Of a DNA stretch of 64,000 bases, positions 8,601 to 16,351 are shown piece after piece. A program made the translations under genes and the position numbers. Within the stretch, counting starts at the first letter, position 1. Each line of letters opens with the position of its first letter. The notes below the pieces were generated by a model that did no database searches, was not told the origin of the DNA, and was given only the letters and a program-made list of their open reading frames with translations. This stretch comes from Candidatus Poribacteria bacterium (GTDB lineage Bacteria > Poribacteria > WGA-4E > WGA-3G), in assembly GCA_003635195.1 (NCBI GenBank), contig PYIY01000075.1, positions 27,608 to 91,607 on the forward strand. Reading direction: 5' to 3'.

Positions 8601-9486
8601 ACTGTCCTTTCGGGATAGCACTCGGAATGAGGTGAAATTTCGCCCACTTGAAATCGCCTTCGACTTGTACGCCTTCGAGCGCACGTGGGAAAAAGATAAA
8701 TTCCGAGGCACCGAGTGATCCCTCAAAGTCGCCTAATGTGCCTCTCATGTTCGGATGCGTGATACGAACCAATTTCTGATCAATGTCTTGGATATTCTCG
8801 GTTGTGCCTTCGGGTTGAATTGGTAAATCTTGGTCGGACAGCAGTGCAAGGACACTGATATTCTCGGAGACTTTACCCTCTACATTGACCCGGAGTTCCT
8901 GGTTCAGTGTCACGCCGCGCCCGCTGCCGACTGAGATACCGGATGTTTGACTTCCGGACACTTCTAATTGGCTATCGGGAGAATAGTTGTCAGTTGTCAG
9001 TTGTCGGTTGTCAGTTAAAAATCGGTTTGTCTCATCAGACTTCTCTTTCACTGATGACTCCTGCGCTGATGGAAACCGAAGGCTATCGGGGTTTTGCTCA
9101 CCGTAAAGGTCGCGTTTATAGACCTCTTTTATTGCGAAAGGCAGCGTGCGATAGGTTATCTTTAATCTATAGGGATCGGTAATGGAATCTTGCTTTACTA
9201 TAGTAATCTTTCCCGGATAGAAATCAATTTGATAGTCCACATTTCGGACAAGGGTTTTTCCGTTCGCCGCTACCAACTGTTCACTGTCAGGGAGAATCGG
9301 CGGGTACTTTACTGTAAATTCCAGTTCACTATCTTTCAGTTCAAAGGATTCTGTTTTCTGGAGAACGGAAAAGGTGGGAAGTTTGAGGACTTTAGTCTTG
9401 TCGTCAGCGGATTCTTGTGCCGGACTTTCGGGACAAGGTAGCAGGCACAAACAGAAGGAAACGAAAAAAAAGAGTCGGATAGGCAT
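5611..9486 (-). CDS. Very large secreted, outer-membrane beta-barrel-like protein (1291 aa), family unknown
   Basis: Signal peptide MPIRLFFFVSFCLCLLPCPESPAQ. The C-terminal two thirds are long, aromatic-rich and have an alternating pattern. Two low-complexity segments are encoded by family A repeat DNA. Confidence 0.6.
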   Translation of the reverse strand: MPIRLFFFVSFCLCLLPCPESPAQESADDKTKVLKLPTFSVLQKTESFELKDSELEFTVKYPPILPDSEQLVAANGKTLVRNVDYQIDFYPGKITIVKQDSITDPYRLKITYRTLPFAIKEVYKRDLYGEQNPDSLRFPSAQESSVKEKSDETNRFLTDNRQLTTDNYSPDSQLEVSGSQTSGISVGSGRGVTLNQELRVNVEGKVSENISVLALLSDQDLPIQPEGTTENIQDIDQKLVRITHPNMRGTLGDFEGSLGASEFIFFPRALEGVQVEGDFKWAKFHLIPSAIPKGQSTSLVLRGEEGRSEYRITVDGQYVIVKAGSEIVWLNGERMRRGENNDYVIREYGDPIVEFNSKHLITSNDTIRIDFEYIPEERAYQQNLYGLSSVFTLPGDWISLGASYAVEADLNQPEQALIQLSDADLEALRQNLLDPEEDGRSLLTAPQKHTVWGVESRVNITEKAWIEGELAYSNLDKNTYSTVDRKEVSQAWKLIGYADWDFATWTEKFRPKLNTNFDIRAMDADFLPVGASSGNRSRSRYETQYAKEGFDDAFLFDTARHSQIARDERTANFDIRVIPTDWFAVNAGVGRSEENSRQPARLLRSENSQSEGSDSPDGFQQFERTTPTNATIRDNFNWGVNFNQRSGSGNVIATRTRESRFTTGRPKEAIASEKASSKGAQLLRKLPNFRWDDYRSSSRVESEDSTQTESQQKSRQEGNLSYPIGPFRIIGTLGRLESNEARNATLNRKRNRAIGRINLVDFSWVSVNTSYELEEAYAKEPLLTVDNQPIGLSDWQRSTTARTWKVGLFSQHKSFLSGGVNLSANLARRMLKAHTDIGADTTTQLADINLQLTPLSRAIDIELTYELDKKLTSQRHEIYTNIHPHTGLLLQPGEGYYVKLDDLHYVEDPEEGTYIKIYQNVGDKPTTAVDAEFRIRFQPRQYFARRARARQQQQRESMLKPDSLRPTRNSSQSSVVSSQQDSNQQSAVSNQQRGFSVNQKPPVTDSREPMADSRLEWFLSALRGRTRLWLTEEQEVEDAVSLYLLQNLQGPDTLFGRVNQHHQLEFVPSTAFSFEINFRMGETLNKRINNQERHRQHNTWDVSFSVNPTKRLSVRANWEQRRENEKYSQFNFEDLAQGTDPTEKMGDPPATPISDLRQLEQITELNLRYDLNNSLEWSGIGGYKRTTDEEQLDEEPEARTRTFSYENRITYRLIGKGRIVFNYKLGYGQSSGGIPFAQYTFYEGISHEVRTTADYRLRKFTDLLFRLNYRLLSTKQRKPEHRLEMTISAEL
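6492..6583. repeat. Family A element, half copy (A1), inside the 1291-aa CDS
   Basis: aaaaccctcttt is followed by the 7-nt units gctgatt gctgact gctgact gctgatt gctat. This parallels aaacctcttt aactgat aactgat aactgat aactattt at 16317-16353. Confidence 0.65.
8983..9025. repeat. Family A arm (A2) inside the 1291-aa CDS
   Basis: The sequence atagttgtcagttgtcagttgtcggttgtcagttaaaaatcgg is the same arm seen at 22315 and 58652. Confidence 0.7.
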
Positions 9487-9502
9487 ATTGGCTGTCGGGG
9501 GA

Positions 9503-9632
9503 AATGGCTATCGGCTATCAGCAGTCAGCAAAGACGCAAGCGTTACAGAACGGCTTTTTTCTTTACCGGCAGCCGAAAGGTTTTTCATGCCTCGCAGTGA
9601 GAGAAAACCGCCCTGAGAGCCGATGGCTATTT
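9503..9632. repeat. Family A element (A3, subtype with AAAGACGCAAGC core)
   Basis: The arms atggctatcggctatcagcagtcagc and gagccgatggctat flank aaagacgcaagcgttacagaac..ccgaaaggtttttcatgcctcgcagtgagagaaaaccgccctga. It is near-identical in layout to 20908-21024 and overlaps the stop codon of the NHL gene. Confidence 0.8.
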
Positions 9633-10781
9633 TTGACGGAAGACTTGGAACACCTTTATATCGTTCGCTTCCGCGTCACTCACAAAGACACGTCCACTTT
9701 TCGAGACGGCGATGCCTATCGGTTCAAGGAGTGTAGAGGTGGTAAATTCTGTGATGCTCTTACCATCAGGAGCGAAGACTTGGATACGTCGATTACCGCT
9801 GTCCGTTACGTAAAGATAATTCCAGTCATCTAAGGCGATGCACTTCGGTTCTCGCAGCTGCCCGAGTCTGTCTCCTTCACTGCCCCAAGCACTGATAGGA
9901 TTGCCGCTAAAGTCGTATTTTTTGATGAGATGGTTGCCTGTATCGACGACGTAAACACTCCCGTGGGTATCAACACCGAGGTCTGTAGGATTCCAGAGTT
10001 GTTCTGTACCACTCCCGAAGCTGCCGCGTGCGACAACTGACACCCCCGCGACGTTGAATTCAATCCAGCGATGATTGCCGGTATCTACAATATACACCTC
10101 GCCATTGCGTCCGATACCGATGCCTTCGGGCTGGTCTAACAGGGTGCCTTCAATACTCTGGCTAAGCGGATAAAAAATTTGATCAATGAAATTGCAGTAT
10201 TGTACCCGATTGTTCCGCGTGTCTACGACATAGAGGTGGCGGTAACTCCGTTGGAAACTCAATGCTATATCTGATGGATGATCAAATTCGCCTGTCTGCC
10301 ACCCACGTCCTCCGAATTCGGTGATGTAATTTCCAGCGGCATCAATAACTTGTACCCGATTGTTCCCGGCATCGGCGATGTAGATTCTATCTGATTCATC
10401 TATTGCGAGTCCCAAGGGCATCTGAAATTCACCCGCGCCTTGTCCGGCAGTGCCGAGGGTTTTGACGTAGCGAATACCGACGATAGGGAGCGGTTCGCGT
10501 TCACGGTTCGATGGGAGAATTTCAATCTGACCCTTCCCTGTAACAGGTGGGGCTCCCGGCGGCGCAACTTCACCTTCGGGGACGGCACAACTCAAACAAA
10601 GGGAAACCAAGAGAAAAAAACAGAAGGAGTAGTTAACAGTGGCCAGTGGCCAGTAACCGGTAAAGAAGCTTCCCTTCTGGTAACTGGTAAGCGGGGTCCC
10701 GATATTAGCCGCGTTGCACCTTAAATTTGAAAACGAACGTCGTTTGTTGGTCATTGAACTCACTTGTGACTCCCGGCACAA
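9627..10781 (-). CDS. NHL-repeat beta-propeller lipoprotein (start codon uncertain)
   Basis: Six NHL-type units are present (IYIADAGNNRVQVID, LYVVDTRNNRVQY, VYIVDTGNHRWIEF, VYVVDTGNHLIKKYD, LYVTDSGNRRIQVF, VFVSDAEANDIKVF). There is a lipobox LCLSC. The only ATG starts (10781, 10754) overlap the upstream gene by 77 or 50 nt. Confidence 0.75.
   Translation of the reverse strand: MCRESQVSSMTNKRRSFSNLRCNAANIGTPLTSYQKGSFFTGYWPLATVNYSFCFFLLVSLCLSCAVPEGEVAPPGAPPVTGKGQIEILPSNREREPLPIVGIRYVKTLGTAGQGAGEFQMPLGLAIDESDRIYIADAGNNRVQVIDAAGNYITEFGGRGWQTGEFDHPSDIALSFQRSYRHLYVVDTRNNRVQYCNFIDQIFYPLSQSIEGTLLDQPEGIGIGRNGEVYIVDTGNHRWIEFNVAGVSVVARGSFGSGTEQLWNPTDLGVDTHGSVYVVDTGNHLIKKYDFSGNPISAWGSEGDRLGQLREPKCIALDDWNYLYVTDSGNRRIQVFAPDGKSITEFTTSTLLEPIGIAVSKSGRVFVSDAEANDIKVFQVFRQK
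10631..10692. repeat. Family A-like arm pair (A4) within the 5-prime end of the NHL ORF
   Basis: The sequence agttaacagtggccagtggccagtaaccggtaaagaagcttcccttctggtaactggtaagc has the same CCAGT-type units as 17077-17104. Confidence 0.55.
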
Positions 10782-11361
10782 CGATCCGTAAGTTGCTATA
10801 CTTAATACTCCGTTTACGGAAATAGAGGTAGAATCTCGCGTATTGCCTCGGCATCACGGTTGTTTTCTCAATGTCTTCTCTGGGGAGTACTGCTGGATCA
10901 CCTTGTATTCTGATGGACTTGTCCCATCGGAACACTTCTGCCGCAAATTCAGGAGGCAGAGGCGGTCTAAAATTCTTTTTTAGATAAAAGGATTCCTGCG
11001 ATTTGTCAATAGGTTTCGTAAAGTTCCCTGTCCCATCAAGCATCAGGCAATCCTTCTTTTTGAAGGAGATCCAGTGGTTGGTCCCGTTATAGATAAAGAC
11101 ACCGAACGCATCAACTGCTTTCACATCGTTGAGCGGGACCACCATTACCTTAATGCCGTTTTTGGCATAACCGACGGTGCCTGTCTGCCGCATAATATGC
11201 GCATCCGGATCAAAGACTGGGACAATCACTTCTGGTTGGAAGGTATCTTTTATGAAATCTGGCACCTTTGCACAACTTAAGGGAATGAATGCTAAACAGA
11301 GTGCCGCTAGAATTTGTAAGACAGACACCCGATAATGTATCTCATTTTTCATTTTTTTCAA
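10705..11361 (-). CDS. Hypothetical lipoprotein
   Basis: 218-aa ORF with signal peptide and lipobox (LAFIPLSCAK). I recognised no family. Confidence 0.6.
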   Translation of the reverse strand: MKKMKNEIHYRVSVLQILAALCLAFIPLSCAKVPDFIKDTFQPEVIVPVFDPDAHIMRQTGTVGYAKNGIKVMVVPLNDVKAVDAFGVFIYNGTNHWISFKKKDCLMLDGTGNFTKPIDKSQESFYLKKNFRPPLPPEFAAEVFRWDKSIRIQGDPAVLPREDIEKTTVMPRQYARFYLYFRKRSIKYSNLRIVVPGVTSEFNDQQTTFVFKFKVQRG

Positions 11362-11582
11362 GTTCCTTTATTGAAGTCATATTGAGTAAAACACGAGAAT
11401 TTAGTCCGATAGGGAACGAAAGGGAGCTCATTTGTGTCCTTTTCTCTCCGCCTCAGATCCCCATTTGATTTGAATTCTTACCTCCTACTCGCTATGGGTT
11501 CAATAAGAAAAGCACGCATGCTTTTTACCCAAGCTTGAGGGGCTTCTATTCTGAGCTGATCTAAGAGGCGAAGTTCTTCTTT

Positions 11583-12206
11583 TTAGAGCCAGCGTTCTTC
11601 TTGTTCTATTGTAGCCTGTAGCAGGTTTCTTGTTGTTTCAAATGCCTGTTGATTACCAGGACCCGGAAATAGAAAATACATTGCTGCCGACTTAGCGACT
11701 ACTTGTATAGCACGCTCAAGTGTTACAATTCCGCCTCGCCGCATTCGATTAGACTCTACGATGTAACGAACCTGTGGGATGTCTCCGAATTGTTGAAAGA
11801 ACTTAGCTTCGCGATGTTTTTTGCGTAACGCTTCGTCTGCTCCGTCAAAGGCCCAACCTGGGGGAACATTGAGGTTCATGAGTTCTTTAACTTCCGCGTC
11901 TGTTACCCTGATCCAATCTTTGTCTTTCAACTTTTCCCAATCTTCGTCTTTTAAATTTCCCCAGTCTTTGAGCGTTAAGTGTAGCCATTGTTCAGCGTCT
12001 TTCAAGTCTATGTCTGTCAATTGTGGTAATTGATCATCAGATTGTAGGGGGTATTCATCGAACGTATTATAGTTCGGTTTGATTACTTCTTGCTCGTCTT
12101 CTGTGTCTCCACAACCGAAACAGAGCAGGAGACTGAGGATAGCTGTCAGATAAAAAAAGTTGGAAAGGATAAATCCGTTTTTCATGGTGTGCCTCCATTG
12201 GTCCAA
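11583..12206 (-). CDS. Hypothetical lipoprotein
   Basis: 207-aa ORF with signal peptide and lipobox (LLCFGCGD). It contains a KDxDW-rich repeat segment. Confidence 0.55.
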   Translation of the reverse strand: MDQWRHTMKNGFILSNFFYLTAILSLLLCFGCGDTEDEQEVIKPNYNTFDEYPLQSDDQLPQLTDIDLKDAEQWLHLTLKDWGNLKDEDWEKLKDKDWIRVTDAEVKELMNLNVPPGWAFDGADEALRKKHREAKFFQQFGDIPQVRYIVESNRMRRGGIVTLERAIQVVAKSAAMYFLFPGPGNQQAFETTRNLLQATIEQEERWL

Positions 12207-12265
12207 ACAAGTTATGAAATTTGGCAGATTTTATTCCGACAATAGCCGAGAAACAAGATAACAGT

Positions 12266-13402
12266 TCATTTAAAAGATCCTTCAAGGGCAAGCATCGCAG
12301 CACCTACAATACCAGCATCGTTTCCGAGGTGTGCCTTCACAATTTTCATTTGCGCCGGTATATCCATTGCACGTTTAGAGAGTTCAGTGCGGATAGGTTC
12401 AAACAGCAGTTTTTCGCCAGCTTCAGCGATGCCACCACCGATAATCGCGATTTGCGGATTGAGAATATGTGCGATTGAGGTGAGGGCAATGCCTATATAC
12501 CGCCCCGTTTCGGCAAAAATCTCAATTGCGAGTTCGTCCCCTGCTTGTGCGGCTTCAGCTATCATCCGTGGTGTTAATGCTGTTCCGGCATTCGCTGCGG
12601 TGGCTAAAGTCGTTCTGCGTCCAGTCGCTATCTTTTCTTGGGTACGTTCAACAATATTTTTCGCACCCGCGTAAGCCTCAAGACATCCCTGATTACCGCA
12701 ACCACAATAACGTCCATTAGGTTCAACGACAGTATGCCCTAATTCTCCGGCAGTATTTTGGCTCCCGTGATAAACCTCACCATCAATTACCACACCGCCG
12801 CCTACACCTGTGCCGAGTGTCAATGCGACAAGGTTATTATATCCGACACCCGCACCGTGATGCAGTTCACCCAAAGTCATCGCATTCACATCGTTGTCCA
12901 TACCGCGCAGTATCGGCTTGTACTTCTTATGGGTATGGAGTTGTAAAGGCTGTAGTTTCACCAGTTCTGCGTTTACATAAGTAATAAGCGGAATATCACT
13001 CCACCCCGGAAAGTTCGGTGAAAAGTGGACGACCCCCGTTTCAGCGATGATGAGTCCGGGTGAACCGAGTCCAACTCCAATATGGATTTCAGATACCAGT
13101 GTCTCGCTTGATGTTGGCTGTGTGGCATCCGGCTTTGATGCGACATGGATGCCTTCAGTTTCTGCTTCCGAAAGGACTTGGCGAACGGCTTCTGCGATCC
13201 GTGATGCTACTACCTTCGGACCACCTGTTTCTACGTCTGTCGGGACTACGACGCGACAAGAAATATCACCTACCGATGAAACCAATCCAGCCTTGATATC
13301 CGTTCCGCCAAGGTCAACGCCGATACTATGTTCCATTTTTTCGATATTTTTAACTTTCCTTGTGGTTCGGTTAGGTGGGTTTTTAACCAAGAACGCTTGC
13401 AT
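12266..13402 (-). CDS. ROK-family sugar kinase (glucokinase-like)
   Basis: It has the ATP-binding motif IGVDLGGTDIKAGLV and the ROK zinc motif GHTVVEPNGRYCGCGNQGCLEAYAG. An alternative start at 13336 (MEHSIGVDLGG) is plausible. Confidence 0.85.
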   Translation of the reverse strand: MQAFLVKNPPNRTTRKVKNIEKMEHSIGVDLGGTDIKAGLVSSVGDISCRVVVPTDVETGGPKVVASRIAEAVRQVLSEAETEGIHVASKPDATQPTSSETLVSEIHIGVGLGSPGLIIAETGVVHFSPNFPGWSDIPLITYVNAELVKLQPLQLHTHKKYKPILRGMDNDVNAMTLGELHHGAGVGYNNLVALTLGTGVGGGVVIDGEVYHGSQNTAGELGHTVVEPNGRYCGCGNQGCLEAYAGAKNIVERTQEKIATGRRTTLATAANAGTALTPRMIAEAAQAGDELAIEIFAETGRYIGIALTSIAHILNPQIAIIGGGIAEAGEKLLFEPIRTELSKRAMDIPAQMKIVKAHLGNDAGIVGAAMLALEGSFK

Positions 13403-13450
13403 TATCTTCTAATATCGGATATTTAGACGCAAAAAGCGGTAATTTTCGTT

Positions 13451-13550
13451 CTTTAAACCCCCTAAAGAATCAACGGTATGAATGCCTTATGGGCATTCCC
13501 CGCCCCTTATCAGGGGGACTTTAAGAGGGAATGCGTAAGTCCTATAAATA
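13451..13550. repeat. Family B element, copy B1
   Basis: Pattern ctttaaaccccctaaag...ttatcagggggactttaagagggaatgcgtaagtcctataaata. It aligns with 30325-30393 and has an extra internal hairpin gaatgcc-ttat-gggcattc. Confidence 0.75.
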
Positions 13551-13619
13551 TCTGAAATCGTGTTCTTGGTTAAACTTGAAGTCTCATTCCGTAGACAAAT
13601 CGGAGCAGAAACCTAATAT

Positions 13620-14870
13620 TTAAAAAAGCCGAAAAACTTGTGCGCCGTCGCTGACGTTACAGAGGTAAATCTCAGGTTCAATGCCGGTCTGTTTGTGGTA
13701 TTCCATTGTTATACGGGTCTGGAACATCTCTAAAGCGTCTTGATGAACAATGCTGACTGTGCATCCCCCAAATCCCGCGCCTGTCATACGACTCCCAATG
13801 ACACCCGAAGTGCTACGTGCGATGTCTGTGAGTAGATCTAACTCCTTGCAGCTAACTTCGTAATCGTCGCGCAGCCCGTTATGTGAGGCGTTCATTAGAT
13901 TCCCAAATTGTGTAAGCGATTCATTTGTATTATCTGATGTACTTTGGCTGCGTCCTTTAAGGACAGAAACAGCATCTAACACGCGGGCGTTTTCCTCAAT
14001 TACATACCTGCATCTTTTTTGTGTTAATGCCGGTAATTCTTCTTCATGTTTTTTGAAATCCGTTAACGCGATGTCACGCAGTGAAGAGATGCCCGGTATC
14101 CACTGACTCAGAATATCTACACCCTTTTCACATTCCGCACGCCGTTTGTTGTATTCAGAGGCAGCGAGTTCCCGTTTTATCTTCGTGTTGCAAATCGCAA
14201 TAGCGTGCTCTGTCAAATTGAGCGGAACATGCTCATATTCAAGCGAACGACAATCAAGAAATAGGGCATGGTTTTCTTGCCCTAACAGCGAAATCGTCTG
14301 ATCCATGATACCACACTTAACACCAGCGAATTCATGTTCTACGCGTTGGCACAATGCTGCGAGGTCTTTTTTTTCAGCCTCCGATTCTCCTGTTTCAGGT
14401 TCAGAACCCGCGGTTAGAAAGGCAAAGGTCGCAGCGACTGAAAGCGCGGCTGAAGAACTTAACCCCGCACCAATTGGCACATCACCAGTGATGACCGCAT
14501 CTATCCCAGCGATTTCTCTCCCAGATGCTTGGAGAAGGGATGCAACACCGATGAGGTAATGACTCCAAGCGGGTGCTTGTGGTGGTATAGCACTCAACGT
14601 GTCAAGGCAAAACTCCCAAGAATCACCGACATCCAACGCGTATAGCGTGACATGGCGGTCAGATCGTTTACGCGCGGCGACGTTAAGATATTTATCGATC
14701 GCGACAGGAAACACATAACCGTCGTTGTAATCAGTATGTTCACCGATAAGGTTCACTCTACCGGGGGCGGATGCGACGAACGTGGGGGGACCCCCGAAGG
14801 TCTCTTCAAACTTCTGTGTGATGAAAGCGGTTCGATCGGATTTTTTGTCGAGAGTTCTGAACGTCCTCAT
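13620..14870 (-). CDS. galK: Galactokinase
   Basis: It carries the galactokinase signature GRVNLIGEHTDYNDGYVFP and the GHMP motif PIGAGLSSSAAL. Confidence 0.9.
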   Translation of the reverse strand: MRTFRTLDKKSDRTAFITQKFEETFGGPPTFVASAPGRVNLIGEHTDYNDGYVFPVAIDKYLNVAARKRSDRHVTLYALDVGDSWEFCLDTLSAIPPQAPAWSHYLIGVASLLQASGREIAGIDAVITGDVPIGAGLSSSAALSVAATFAFLTAGSEPETGESEAEKKDLAALCQRVEHEFAGVKCGIMDQTISLLGQENHALFLDCRSLEYEHVPLNLTEHAIAICNTKIKRELAASEYNKRRAECEKGVDILSQWIPGISSLRDIALTDFKKHEEELPALTQKRCRYVIEENARVLDAVSVLKGRSQSTSDNTNESLTQFGNLMNASHNGLRDDYEVSCKELDLLTDIARSTSGVIGSRMTGAGFGGCTVSIVHQDALEMFQTRITMEYHKQTGIEPEIYLCNVSDGAQVFRLF

Positions 14871-14961
14871 AGCGTTTTTTAAAGTTCCTCGCGGTTTGAT
14901 GAGGCAATTATTTAAAAATCCATTTTTATTTGTAAATTGTAGGTGACGCAGTGTCTATCCG

Positions 14962-15684
14962 CTACGCCGAAAAAAATTTTAAAAATAGCCCTAACACGTT
15001 AGGGAGCTCCTCGCGCGGGATATAACAATCGACGCTTATATCAGGTTCTATACCTGTTTTTAGTGTTGGTGCCTGTGTGATGAGTTGTTCTTCTGGGGCA
15101 TGTGGTGCGGGTTGTAGATTTGGTGGTGTCGATTTTTTGATGGCTACTGTCCCTTCCGCGATCACCAATTCGCCGATTGGGAGATGCGTGGCGAGTGGAT
15201 AAACCTCCGTTTCAGTCATAACTGTGATATGCGGTAGTGAAGCCTCGGCGAGTTGTTCCATTTGCATTGTCAAATAGGGGGTTTCCTTCAAAGTATCTTC
15301 ATATCCCTCCGGTTGGCAGGCGACGACGGTGATCAGTGGAATTCGTTTCTGTAAGGCGTTTTCAATAGCTGCCAGCAGCAAGGACACATCAATTTCTGTG
15401 GGAATCACATCTATATCAGCAATAAAGAGACAGGCGGGATACTCAGAGATCGTCCCTTCGGCGGTGAAGCCAGCAGCCTTGGTTGATCTGATTTTTGCAG
15501 CTGATGGATCGTCCAACAAGTATTCGAGCCGTTTCTCCGCAAGTAAAGGAAACAGCGCGCCACAGTGTGAACAAGTATAGAGGTTGCGTTCGAGTTCACC
15601 TCTGAAAACAACTTCCTTGCACTGTGTGCATTTATACCATAAATTAAGGCTCTGTTCCGTGTCAGTAGAAATGCTTGTTTCCAT
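14962..15684 (-). CDS. AccD-like protein: carboxyltransferase-beta-type N-terminal zinc ribbon with a degenerate, shortened CT domain
   Basis: WYKCTQCKEVVFRGELERNLYTCSHCGALFPLLAEKRLEYLLD matches the AccD Cys4 ribbon as I remember it from E. coli. The rest aligns only loosely and lacks the FMGGSMG-type glycine motif. The ORF-track start at 15750 runs through repeat DNA, so ATG 15684 is preferred. Confidence 0.55.
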   Translation of the reverse strand: METSISTDTEQSLNLWYKCTQCKEVVFRGELERNLYTCSHCGALFPLLAEKRLEYLLDDPSAAKIRSTKAAGFTAEGTISEYPACLFIADIDVIPTEIDVSLLLAAIENALQKRIPLITVVACQPEGYEDTLKETPYLTMQMEQLAEASLPHITVMTETEVYPLATHLPIGELVIAEGTVAIKKSTPPNLQPAPHAPEEQLITQAPTLKTGIEPDISVDCYIPREELPNVLGLFLKFFSA

Positions 15685-15694
15685 ATTTTTTGGG

Positions 15695-15827
15695 TAGTTT
15701 TTAGTTATCGGTTGTTGGTTATCAGTTAAGAGGATGATCTGATTCATCAAGTCTTTCTGTTAACTGAAAGCTGAAAGATTTTTCATGCCTCGCAGTGAGA
15801 GAAAATCGGACTGAAAACTGATAACTA
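15695..15827. repeat. Family A element(s) (A5)
   Basis: Pattern tagtttttagttatcggttgttggttatcagttaagagg...ctgttaactgaaagctgaaag, followed by tttttcatgcctcgcagtgagagaaaatcggactgaaaactgataacta. Confidence 0.8.
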
Positions 15828-15833
15828 TTAAAC

Positions 15834-16193
15834 CTATAAGAAATGACCGATGGCTTCTGCTTCTGTATTGTAGCAGTCAAAAATCGTCATCAGTTTAGCC
15901 ATAACAATAAGACTTCTGATATTGCCGCCCAGATTCAGCAGCACCACGCGTCCCTCATTCCGGCGGATAGTCGTATAAGCAGCGACGAGTATCCCTAAGC
16001 CGGTGCTATCCATCATCTGGACGCGCTCCATGTTGAAAATTAAATTAAGATTTTCTCCGTGTTCTGCCTCGCTACTGAGCGTTTGAATCTGTTGATCAAT
16101 GATGGATTTAAGTGCCAAGGCATCTGCCCCAATAATTTTTCCCTCAATATCTAAGATTGTAATACTGCCTTTGTTTCGAACATTGACTTGCAT
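15834..16193 (-). CDS. STAS-domain anti-sigma-factor antagonist (RsbV/SpoIIAA-like)
   Basis: 119 aa with the motifs ITILDIEGKI and MDSTGLGILVAAY and the typical length. Confidence 0.85.
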   Translation of the reverse strand: MQVNVRNKGSITILDIEGKIIGADALALKSIIDQQIQTLSSEAEHGENLNLIFNMERVQMMDSTGLGILVAAYTTIRRNEGRVVLLNLGGNIRSLIVMAKLMTIFDCYNTEAEAIGHFL

Positions 16194-16208
16194 GATAATT
16201 CCTTAGCG

Positions 16209-16350
16209 TAGTTGTCAGTTTGCCTTGCAGTGAGAGTCGTCAGTGGTCAGTTAAGAGAGGTCTTGGGGTGTCAAGCTCTCTGGTGGCATCTATAAGTTGA
16301 TGGAATACTACAGCAAACCTCTTTAACTGATAACTGATAACTGATAACTA
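16209..16350. repeat. Family A element (A6), full copy
   Basis: The left arm is tagttgtcagtt, followed by the box tgccttgcagtgagag. The inner stem is cagttaagagaggtctt...aaacctctttaactg, and the right arm is aactgataactgataactgataacta. Confidence 0.85.
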
Positions 16351-16351
16351 T

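Noticed and set aside
9503-9632. Family A elements considered as degenerate tRNA, tmRNA or CRISPR-like loci, or as IS terminal repeats
   Set aside because: There is no cloverleaf, no repeat-spacer periodicity, no transposase ORF anywhere in the window, and the elements are only 45-170 bp long. A non-autonomous palindromic repeat (REP/MITE-like) is the best description.
11250-11275. TGGCAC-containing sites (11256, 32960, 43074) checked as sigma-54 promoters, given rpoN in the window
   Set aside because: None has the GG-N10-GC spacing (TGGCAC-N5-TTGC). Two are inside coding regions or on the wrong strand.
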